Virus record (IMG/VR): IMGVR_UViG_3300031507_000007
Span: 1-52,545 of that record
Reading direction: 5' to 3' (one strand)
Source: a virus
Length of the DNA: 52,545 nucleotides
Below, piece by piece: positions 18,367-25,250 of the stretch. Both the position numbers and the translations under genes were made by a program. The notes below the pieces were generated by a model. It did no database searches. It was not told where the DNA came from and saw only the letters and a program-made list of their open reading frames with translations. Position 1 is the stretch's first letter; every line of letters starts with the position of its first letter.

Positions 18367-19181
18367 GGGACCTCGACGAACAGGGCTCGATCGACGATGG
18401 CGTCGAAGTCGGGATCGGTGATGCCGAGCCGGTTCGCCGCAGCGCGCTCACTGGCCGCCCAGTTCTTGACCAGGGGGATCATCTCGCGGACCGTGGCGAT
18501 CAGCGCGAGGATCGCGGCGGGCTGCGCGGCGATGATGTGGTCGAGCGTAATTTTATTCGGCAGCCCACCGACCGTGATCCATTGGCGCATCTGATCGATC
18601 GCCGGATCCAACTTCGCCGTCCTCTCGAGGTTATCGATGAACACCCCGACCGGGATCCGACGCGGCGCCGGCGTCACCGAGACCAGGCCGAGCGGATGAT
18701 CCTCGTCGGTCGGCGTGGCGACCACGTTGGCCCCGCGATCGATCTTGTCAGCCGCGGCGTGCACTCGGGACCGGTGCTCCAGGCGAAGTCGATCGTTTAG
18801 CCGCTCTCCCTCGCGAGCGATGGCCTCCCGCAACTCCGGGGTGTCCGACGGATCGATCGCCGGGATCGCCTGGCGCCCGGCGTGGTGGGGCTTGGGGGCG
18901 GGCACGGACAGTTGCTCCGCGGCTCGGTCGGCGATGGCGTCGGCGGCGCGGCAGATCGGATCGTGCGCCAGCGCCGACCACACGCTCAGTCGCTTCGTGA
19001 CGGCCTCCCGCACCACCTGGTGCACCCGTTCCCTGTCCGGGGTCGTGGCCGCCCGACGCTTCTGCAGCTCGCGCAGCCACACCAGCCCCTGCGCAGTCCG
19101 GCCGCGCTGCGGCTGGTCCTCGAGCACGGCGATCTCCGCGGCAAGCTCGGCGTCTCCGGTCCCGCGATCTTCGATTGCCAT
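18363..19181 (-). CDS. Hypothetical protein (272 aa)
   Basis: ORF track entry with high GC3. I recognised no motif. Confidence 0.5.
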   Translation of the reverse strand: MAIEDRGTGDAELAAEIAVLEDQPQRGRTAQGLVWLRELQKRRAATTPDRERVHQVVREAVTKRLSVWSALAHDPICRAADAIADRAAEQLSVPAPKPHHAGRQAIPAIDPSDTPELREAIAREGERLNDRLRLEHRSRVHAAADKIDRGANVVATPTDEDHPLGLVSVTPAPRRIPVGVFIDNLERTAKLDPAIDQMRQWITVGGLPNKITLDHIIAAQPAAILALIATVREMIPLVKNWAASERAAANRLGITDPDFDAIVDRALFVEVP

Positions 19182-19784
19182 TTATCCCTCCACTGCAGTT
19201 TGCGGCGCCTCGAGCATCTCGAGAGCCTTGCTGATCTGTGCGGCCCTGGCGGCGGCCCCGGCGGCGGCCCCGGCGGCGGCCCTGGCGGCGGCCTCGGCGG
19301 CCCCGGCGGCGGCCCCGGCGGCGGCCCTGGCGGCGGCCTCGGCGGCCCCGGCGGCGGCCCTGGCGGCGGCCTCGGCGGCCCCGGCGGCGGCCCAGGCGGC
19401 GGCCTCGGCGGCGGCCTCGTCGGCGGCCCTGGCGGCCCTGGCGGCCTCGTCGGCGGCCCTGGCGGCCTCGGCGGCGGCCTCGGCGGGTTGACCCCGGAGC
19501 CCGGTCACGGTGGCCAGGGTGGCCTTCGCGCGCTCCTGCCAGGCCGGCTCAACGTGCCGGATGGACTGCTCGGCACACCACAGCGAAAAATCGTAGCAGA
19601 GCCACGGATCGCGCTCCCACAGCGCGTGGGTTAGTAGCCACATCTTGTCGCCGTGTGGGATGTCGAACGCGCACGCCTCGCGCGCGGTGATCTCGGGTCG
19701 ACCCATAAAGAACTTATCCAGGGCGTCACCCTGGTAGTCCTCGCAGGCGCCCCACTTCGACAGCAGATCTCGAGTGATGATCAT
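19182..19784 (-). CDS. Protein with an about 95-aa Trp/Cys-containing N-domain and an Ala-rich tandem-repeat C-terminus
   Basis: ATG 19784 in an ATGA overlap with the RHH gene stop. C-terminus: AAEAAARAAAGAAEAAARAAAGAAAGAAEAAARAAAG... Confidence 0.55.
   Translation of the reverse strand: MIITRDLLSKWGACEDYQGDALDKFFMGRPEITAREACAFDIPHGDKMWLLTHALWERDPWLCYDFSLWCAEQSIRHVEPAWQERAKATLATVTGLRGQPAEAAAEAARAADEAARAARAADEAAAEAAAWAAAGAAEAAARAAAGAAEAAARAAAGAAAGAAEAAARAAAGAAAGAAARAAQISKALEMLEAPQTAVEG
19245..19488 (-). repeat. Imperfect tandem repeats (12-nt GGCGGCGGCCYN units in 33/45-nt higher-order units) encoding the Ala-rich array
   Basis: Read directly on the plus strand. The repeats are in frame within CDS 19182..19784. 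Confidence 0.85.
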
Positions 19785-19963
19785 GCGCGCCCCGACAGCC
19801 GCTGGTATTCCAGGGCGGCGTGCTCGATGTACGCGGCCACCTTGAGCTGCGGCAGGCCACTGAGGCTGGCGATCTGCATGATGTCGGCCTGGATGCGGCG
19901 GTGCGCGGCCGGGTCGAGGCGGATGGTGATGGATACCTTCTTCGGCTTTGGCTTCTTCGGCAT
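19781..19963 (-). CDS. Ribbon-helix-helix (CopG/Arc-like) DNA-binding protein candidate, first gene of the leftward cassette
   Basis: ATG 19963 inside ORF 19781..20026. MPKKPKPKKVSITIRLDPAAHRRIQ... has an RHH-like beta strand plus helices. Confidence 0.5.
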   Translation of the reverse strand: MPKKPKPKKVSITIRLDPAAHRRIQADIMQIASLSGLPQLKVAAYIEHAALEYQRLSGRA

Positions 19964-20073
19964 TGCGGAGACTCTGGATGCATCGCGAATCGATGTCAAC
20001 AAGTTGATGCAAAATGAATCAAACACCCGATCGATACCCCAACTCCGGATCGTGTCGGCCGATAGTGGAAGGC

Positions 20074-20451
20074 ATGTCCCAATCCACGATCTTGCTGATC
20101 GAAGATGACCCCGATGTTTGCGCGGCCCACTGGCGGTTCCTGCGCCGCACCTTCCCGACGGCCACCGTCATCACCGCGGAGACCGCGTCGCGCGCCATCG
20201 CGATCCTGGCCACCGGCGGCGTCGACATGGTGGTCAGCGACTACTGGCTAGGCAGCAGCAGCGCCGGCACCGGCGGCGATGTCCTGCAGTGGATCCGGCG
20301 TAACCGCCCCGACCTGGAAGACCGCTTCGTGTTCCTCACCGGGTCACCGGCTGAGGTCCAGGATCGCGGCGCGCGGGTCATGATGAAAGGCACGCCGGCC
20401 GAACTGATGCGGAACTTCTTGACCGGCGTGATGGCCGGTACTACAACCTGA
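20074..20451 (+). CDS. Single-domain response-regulator receiver (CheY-like REC) protein
   Basis: MSQSTILLIEDD (acidic pocket), DMVVSDYWL (phospho-acceptor Asp), FLTGS and MMKGTP (Lys-Pro) all sit at canonical spacing. There is no output domain. Confidence 0.8.
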   Translation: MSQSTILLIEDDPDVCAAHWRFLRRTFPTATVITAETASRAIAILATGGVDMVVSDYWLGSSSAGTGGDVLQWIRRNRPDLEDRFVFLTGSPAEVQDRGARVMMKGTPAELMRNFLTGVMAGTTT

Positions 20452-20562
20452 TCTCGATCAGCTGGGAATAGAACGCAGGGAGAACCTGCGCACCAACTAT
20501 CTGGGCATTGAACACCCAGGTCGACAGTGTCGGGGACCCGGTCACTTTAACGTGGGTCCACG

Positions 20563-20595
20563 GAGCCGCCTTTCCCCGAGGCGGCTCTTGTTTTT
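20563..20595 (+). terminator. Intrinsic terminator candidate
   Basis: GAGCCGCC, a 9-nt loop, GGCGGCTC, then TTGTTTTT. Confidence 0.65.
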
Positions 20596-20658
20596 GGCGA
20601 GGAGCGGCGCTACAACCTCGATGGTCATCGAGGGCGGCATCTAGCTTCCTTCGTCCGG

Positions 20659-20704
20659 TCAGGGTGGGCAAACGCCCCGAGGGTCGTCATGGGACCTCGG
20701 GGCG
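20659..20704 (+). terminator. Intrinsic terminator candidate (14-bp perfect stem)
   Basis: CAAACGCCCCGAGG, a 12-nt loop, CCTCGGGGCGTTTG, then CTTTTG. Confidence 0.65.
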
Positions 20705-20729
20705 TTTGCTTTTGCGGTAGGCTAGTCGC

Positions 20730-20909
20730 ATGTCCTACGTGCTGCCGCCGAACAACGCGATCCGGATCATCTGCTCGCAGGATCAGCCCGAAGAGGTCCG
20801 CCGGCAGCTGTTCGAGATGGACCTCGAGCTCCAACGCCGGGACATGAACAACACGCCAGAGGGCGGCGGCCCGGTCCGCGGCTGGGGCCAGGGGCGCGGC
20901 CGGCGCTAG
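20730..20909 (+). CDS. Small hypothetical protein (59 aa)
   Basis: Below the ORF-track cutoff, so read manually: MSYVLPPNNAIRIICSQDQPEEVRRQLFEMDLELQRRDMNNTPEGGGPVRGWGQGRGRR. By my count 54 of 59 third codon positions are G/C. Confidence 0.4.
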   Translation: MSYVLPPNNAIRIICSQDQPEEVRRQLFEMDLELQRRDMNNTPEGGGPVRGWGQGRGRR

Positions 20910-21319
20910 ATCCCGAGCGACTTCGCTAGCCGCACGATATCCTGGCCGACCTGGTCCTTGTCGCCCCACGGGGGCATGACGCCGAGGGTAGTCAGGTCGA
21001 GCACGGGGATCGCCTCTCGGATCCTGCGCTGCGCGTGGTTCTTCTCGAGCTCCATATGGGGAGAGACGCGCCCGCCACACATCACGACCAGGTCCGATCG
21101 GCCGATCAGCTCGATCTGGTCTCGCATCGCCCGCGGCCGGTGGAACACGTCGTCCACGGCGGCGATGTAGACGAACCATGGGCAGGTGATGCACCACCGG
21201 GTAGTCATCACGAGGAACTTGAACCACTGCATCGCGTTGGCGACGTTGTCGCCTCTCAGCGATCCGCCATCCTCGTCTGCCTCGCCCATGGGGTGCGTCA
21301 GGTAGGCAACTATCGCCAT
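20906..21319 (-). CDS. Nucleoside 2-deoxyribosyltransferase-like (DUF1937/DUF4406-type) protein, paralogue 1
   Basis: YLTHPMG...NVANAMQWFKFL...CPWF...RSDLVVMCGGRVSPHMELE. The same block order occurs in 31795..32349. Confidence 0.55.
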   Translation of the reverse strand: MAIVAYLTHPMGEADEDGGSLRGDNVANAMQWFKFLVMTTRWCITCPWFVYIAAVDDVFHRPRAMRDQIELIGRSDLVVMCGGRVSPHMELEKNHAQRRIREAIPVLDLTTLGVMPPWGDKDQVGQDIVRLAKSLGI

Positions 21320-21363
21320 TCACGCAGCTTGCGCTTCGGCGTTCCGGTGTGCAACCTCGACCA

Positions 21364-21693
21364 ATGGCCGAACCGACCCAGCTTGATCGAATCGAGGCGC
21401 TCCTCAACACGATCAAGCTTCAAAACACCCAGCAGACGGCCCTGCTGGGCGCCCTCGTAGCCGGAGAACAGCTCATGTCCGCACAGCTCGATGCCCTCGC
21501 CGCCCAGGTGGCCCAGACCGAAACCGTGGAGCAGTCCGCGATCACCCTCATCCAGGGCCTCGCCGCCCAGCTCGCCGCGGTCGCGACCGACCCGGCCGCC
21601 GTCGCAGCGCTCGCGGCCCGGTTGAACAGTTCGGCGACCGCGCTCGCCGCCGCGATCACGGCGAACACGCCGGCGCCGGCCCCCACCGCGTGA
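21364..21693 (+). CDS. Coiled-coil hypothetical protein
   Basis: ATG 21364 in ORF 21349..21693. Ala/Leu/Gln heptads. Confidence 0.45.
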   Translation: MAEPTQLDRIEALLNTIKLQNTQQTALLGALVAGEQLMSAQLDALAAQVAQTETVEQSAITLIQGLAAQLAAVATDPAAVAALAARLNSSATALAAAITANTPAPAPTA

Positions 21694-21803
21694 GCCCGGT
21701 GGACGATCCGGATCCCGTGCCGGGCTGGTTGATCGCTATTTCGGCGGTCGCGATCGGCGCCGCGGTCGCGCTGGTTGTGCTTCAGGTCTCAGCCTGGTTC
21801 TGA
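21690..21803 (+). CDS. Small membrane peptide (37 aa) candidate
   Basis: Read manually. GTG start in a GTGA overlap. VSPVDDPDPVPGWLIAISAVAIGAAVALVVLQVSAWF. Confidence 0.3.
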   Translation: MSPVDDPDPVPGWLIAISAVAIGAAVALVVLQVSAWF

Positions 21804-21829
21804 CCGACCCATGATAGGGTGCCCTCACA

Positions 21830-22630
21830 ATGAGCGCATCCAAGGGTCAAGTCGTCGAGGTTCAGATCACGTCGGGTAGATGGTCGCTGGCCTTCGTGGT
21901 CAAGATCATCTCCGGCGACACCGTCAACCTGGTGGCCATTGCCGACGGCGTTGACCCATGGCCGACCGCTGACACCTTCAACGGCGTGGTCTCGGGCACC
22001 CTGGTCAGCGTCACCAAGGGTACCGAGGTTGGTCAGTGGCGAGAGGTCGCGCTCCCGAGCTATGTGACCGATGCGATCTCGGCCGCCGTCGCCGCAGCGC
22101 TCACCGACTACGCGACCGACTCGGACATCTCGAGCGCGGTGTCCGCAGCGCTTGCTACGGTCGCATCAAACCTCGCCGGCGCCGTCGACTCAATCGATAC
22201 CGACATCGATGCGCTCGAGGCGTCGGTTGCCTCGCTGTCCGCTGCGGTCGCCGCGATCCCGGCCGACGATGACAGTGGGCTTGCAGTTGTTTCGACGGCG
22301 GGCTCGTCTCACAGCTCACTCGGGCTGAACGCCGCGCGGCAACCCAGCTCGACGAGACCCACCCGGGTAACGGCGACTGGCTCGATGAGCCTGACGTCGA
22401 CTCTTCTCGGATCGCAGACCGTCAGCGTCGACCTGCTGAGCGACGCCAGCAACCCGCCGACGACCAGGCGGGGACGGCAGCCGGCCGGGCTGTCCGGTGT
22501 GGCCGCGAGCGCGACGATGCCGTGGACGCTGACCTACGACGTGCCGGCCGGTCATTACTACAAGCTGGTGACCGCCAACACCGCAGGCGCCAGCGTGTCG
22601 CTCGACGACATCAACGAGACCGCTGGCTAG
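21830..22630 (+). CDS. Fibre-like protein (N-terminal small beta domain, Ala/Ser/Asp coiled segment, C-terminal beta domain)
   Basis: ALPSYVTDAISAAVAAALTDYATDSDISSAVSAALATVASNLAGAVDSIDTDIDALEASVASL resembles tail-fibre shaft segments. Confidence 0.45.
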   Translation: MSASKGQVVEVQITSGRWSLAFVVKIISGDTVNLVAIADGVDPWPTADTFNGVVSGTLVSVTKGTEVGQWREVALPSYVTDAISAAVAAALTDYATDSDISSAVSAALATVASNLAGAVDSIDTDIDALEASVASLSAAVAAIPADDDSGLAVVSTAGSSHSSLGLNAARQPSSTRPTRVTATGSMSLTSTLLGSQTVSVDLLSDASNPPTTRRGRQPAGLSGVAASATMPWTLTYDVPAGHYYKLVTANTAGASVSLDDINETAG

Positions 22631-22658
22631 CCCAGGTCGGGTGGTGTAACCCATCCGC

Positions 22659-23252
22659 ATGGATGACAGCTGCGGTGGCCAGGCGTACTCCCTAACCGGC
22701 TCGACCGGGACCATGGCCGCTGCGCTCGCGGCCAACTCGATCGTGTTCGCGATGCAGGCGACCGCGGACGTCGCCGCGAACGTGAACGCGCCGCGCCGCG
22801 CTCCGATCGAGATCGAAGGCATCCGCATGACCTTCACCGCGATCGTGGCCTCGGCGGCGCCGGTCGCCGCGGGGCGGGCGCTGCGGCTGTTCAAGAGCTC
22901 GGACAACGCGCAGGCGATGCCGGCCGGCGGGACCGCGCTGACCGCGCTGGCGAAGCGCACGCTCGACGCCGGCGGAAACTCCGGCCTGGTCGGGGCGCAA
23001 ATCTCGACGACGGCCGGGCTTACGGTCGTCGGGTTCACGCGCGGCACCGTGCCGATGGCGACGATGGATCTCGCCGGCGAGGGCGCGGCCGGCAACCGGA
23101 TCGTCTACGAGCTCTACGAGAGCATCAACGGCGCCGCGCTGTGGCTCGACCCCGGGGAGATCCTCGTGGTCTCGAACCCTGCGATCTTCGATGCGCTGCT
23201 GACCTGGCAGCTCACCGTCGACGTGGACTACCGGCGCCGCGACTCGCTATAG
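22659..23252 (+). CDS. Hypothetical beta-rich protein
   Basis: 197-aa ORF with high GC3, directly downstream of the fibre-like gene. Confidence 0.45.
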   Translation: MDDSCGGQAYSLTGSTGTMAAALAANSIVFAMQATADVAANVNAPRRAPIEIEGIRMTFTAIVASAAPVAAGRALRLFKSSDNAQAMPAGGTALTALAKRTLDAGGNSGLVGAQISTTAGLTVVGFTRGTVPMATMDLAGEGAAGNRIVYELYESINGAALWLDPGEILVVSNPAIFDALLTWQLTVDVDYRRRDSL

Positions 23253-23858
23253 CCCCAGCCAGGGGTCTGCGGTGCGCGCGATCGAGATCAGGACGTCGCG
23301 GAACCGATCGGGGGTCGCGATGCACTCCCGCTTCCCCAGCCGCTCGAGCGGCACCCGCAGGTCGCCGCGCGCCTCAGCTGCGCGCCGCTCGTCCTTCGAG
23401 TGATATCCGGCGTCCAGCCGGACGCCGGAGGGTGACGGCCCCCAGATCAACTCTGGAAGATCGCAGCCGACCGCGTAGAGCCACGTCGCCTTGCGAGCGC
23501 GGTGCCCGTAGTGCCCTTGCTCGACCTGGCACGTCCATCCGAGCTCGTCGCCCGGCACCCATCCGCCGACGAACGGAGGCCGCGCGATCCCGTGCGCCTT
23601 CCACGCGTGCGACGCCTGCGGGTGCTCGAGCACGCCGCCCCACCTGCGCACCGCGGCGACCGCGGCGGCGAAGCATCCATCGTCGTCGCCGAGCAGGCGA
23701 CGGACCCGGGCCGACGGACCGCCCGACCAGTAGCGACCCCAGCGCTCGCACGGCGGGTGGGCGACAACCGGATGCGGACCCGCGAAGGCGCGTGCATCAC
23801 GCTCCTCATCCCACGGATCCACGTCGGGCTGGTTGAAGTAGCAGCCGCCCGTGGCCAC
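23247..23858 (-). CDS. PPC-motif protein with C5-pyrimidine-methyltransferase-like motif spacing (tentative)
   Basis: GTG 23858 in the frame of ORF 23247..24761. HPPCERW, VLEHP, GHRARKATW and RECIATPDRF are spaced roughly like C5-MTase motifs IV, VI, VIII and IX. I see no clear FxGxG loop. Confidence 0.45.
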   Translation of the reverse strand: MATGGCYFNQPDVDPWDEERDARAFAGPHPVVAHPPCERWGRYWSGGPSARVRRLLGDDDGCFAAAVAAVRRWGGVLEHPQASHAWKAHGIARPPFVGGWVPGDELGWTCQVEQGHYGHRARKATWLYAVGCDLPELIWGPSPSGVRLDAGYHSKDERRAAEARGDLRVPLERLGKRECIATPDRFRDVLISIARTADPWLGL

Positions 23859-23869
23859 GTAGAGCGCTG

Positions 23870-24391
23870 CTATAGCGCGTCCCACGGGTCCCGCTCGCCG
23901 CCGAGGATCGCCGCCAGCGCCGCGCGCACCGCGGCCTGGACGCCGGGCTCTCGGCTCTCGCGCGGTCCGGCGACGTTGAGGATGCGGACGTTGCATTCGC
24001 GCAGAAACTGGGATACCCGGTCTATGGCGTGCCTTCGGTATTCGATGTCGGCCACGATGTTGTGCCGGCACGGCTTGCCCAGCGTGCGAGCCATCTTCGC
24101 GGTCAGGTAGCTGCCGCTGTCCATCTCGAGCGGCCCGATCGACAGGATCAGCGTCGCGTCGCTGGCCTCGATGTTCGCGCGGGTCCGCACCGGGTACGCC
24201 GGCGAGGCGCTCTGCACCATGCCGACCCGGTAGCGCTCGGGGATCACGCCGTCCTCGGCGCGCCAGCCCGCCGGCGCAAAGCCGCCCGTGGCGATCCCGA
24301 GGTCCCACGCGGCCTCTAGCGCGCCGCGATCGGCGCCGGTTTGGCCGCCGGAGATGATGCGGGCGACGGTCACCTGCGCGACGATTCCCAT
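23870..24391 (-). CDS. SLOG-superfamily protein, YpsA / 'putative molybdenum carrier' type
   Basis: RIISGGQTGADRGALEAAWDLGIATGGFAPAGWRAEDGVIPERY...RTRANIEASDATLIL. An alternative GTG at 24373 would give a GTGA overlap with the thyX stop. Confidence 0.75.
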   Translation of the reverse strand: MGIVAQVTVARIISGGQTGADRGALEAAWDLGIATGGFAPAGWRAEDGVIPERYRVGMVQSASPAYPVRTRANIEASDATLILSIGPLEMDSGSYLTAKMARTLGKPCRHNIVADIEYRRHAIDRVSQFLRECNVRILNVAGPRESREPGVQAAVRAALAAILGGERDPWDAL

Positions 24392-25041
24392 GCGTCGATG
24401 ATCGTTGGGAACACCGGCCGCAGCAGCGCCAGCATCGCCTCGGCATAGACGCGGATCTCGTACTGCGCGTGCGGGTCAAGCCGCAGCGCGAGCATGTGCA
24501 GGGTGTTGTGGAGGTCGCACTGCCAGTACCACTCGGTGTACGTGCCGCACGGCAGGACCGAGCGCGCCAGCTCGGGCGCGAGTCCCTTGGTGAGCAGTGC
24601 CTCGTAGGCATCGAACGACGCGTTGCAGCTCTGGACCATGAGCCTGTTGCACCCCAACGGGTCGTCAACGATCTGACTGGATGAGCCCTGCTTGTTCGTC
24701 TCGGCCTTGCGTTGCATGCGCTCGCCGACTGGCACGTAGAACTCACGCGCGGCCTGCACATACCGGTAGCTGACCTCGTTGATGCTCGCAGTCCGATGTC
24801 GCACGAGCTGGCGAGCCACGAAGATCGGCATCTTGTGATAGAAGCGAATCTGGCAGAACTCGAGCGGCGTCGTGTGCCTGTGACGCACGAGGTAGCTGGT
24901 GAGCTTGGCGTCCTCGTCCTCGGTGCGCTCCTTGCGGTTGCGGAACGAGGTGCGCGCGGTCTGCGCCGGCGTCCGGTCGTGGCCCATGACGTCGACGAGG
25001 GCGACGAAGCCGTAATCGAGAACTGGGATTTCGTTGGTCAC
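24370..25041 (-). CDS. thyX: FAD-dependent thymidylate synthase ThyX
   Basis: ThyX signature RHRTASINEVSYRY, plus HTTPLEF and the YTEWYWQCDLHNTLH blocks. Confidence 0.9.
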   Translation of the reverse strand: MTNEIPVLDYGFVALVDVMGHDRTPAQTARTSFRNRKERTEDEDAKLTSYLVRHRHTTPLEFCQIRFYHKMPIFVARQLVRHRTASINEVSYRYVQAAREFYVPVGERMQRKAETNKQGSSSQIVDDPLGCNRLMVQSCNASFDAYEALLTKGLAPELARSVLPCGTYTEWYWQCDLHNTLHMLALRLDPHAQYEIRVYAEAMLALLRPVFPTIIDAWESSRR

Positions 25042-25250
25042 TTGAGATTGCCTTCCTGGCGCGCGATCTCTCGGTCGAGATACCAGCGCGCTTTCTTGAG
25101 ATCCTCGAGTCCCGCCTTTGCGGCGTGGCGCAGGATGTATTTGACGACGTTGCCGAGACAGAAACCGAGGTCGAACTCCTCGATGATTCGCATCACGGTG
25201 TCGCCGCGGTAGTGAGATGGGTTGATTGGGTCCTTGGGTGTCTTGCTCAT
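25038..25250 (-). CDS. DUF3310-like phage protein
   Basis: ATG 25250. INPSHYRGD...GNVVKYILRHAAKAGLEDLKKARWYL matches the DUF3310 pattern. Confidence 0.65.
   Translation of the reverse strand: MSKTPKDPINPSHYRGDTVMRIIEEFDLGFCLGNVVKYILRHAAKAGLEDLKKARWYLDREIARQEGNLK

Noticed and set aside
19245-19488. Possible CRISPR array or non-coding satellite
   Set aside because: The repeat units are 12 nt in 33/45-nt higher-order units with no unique spacers. They lie in frame within a CDS and encode an Ala-rich protein repeat.
20625-21416. 263-aa minus-strand ORF across the terminator region and the deoxyribosyltransferase-like gene
   Set aside because: It is in an alternative frame of 20906..21319 and runs through two terminator hairpins. 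Its composition is Arg/Pro-rich.
23247-24761. 504-aa ORF on the minus strand spanning three genes
   Set aside because: Only its last 203 codons (from GTG 23858) look like a real protein. Upstream, it runs out of frame across the SLOG and thyX genes and is Arg/Pro/Gly-rich. That is typical of shadow ORFs in G+C-rich DNA.
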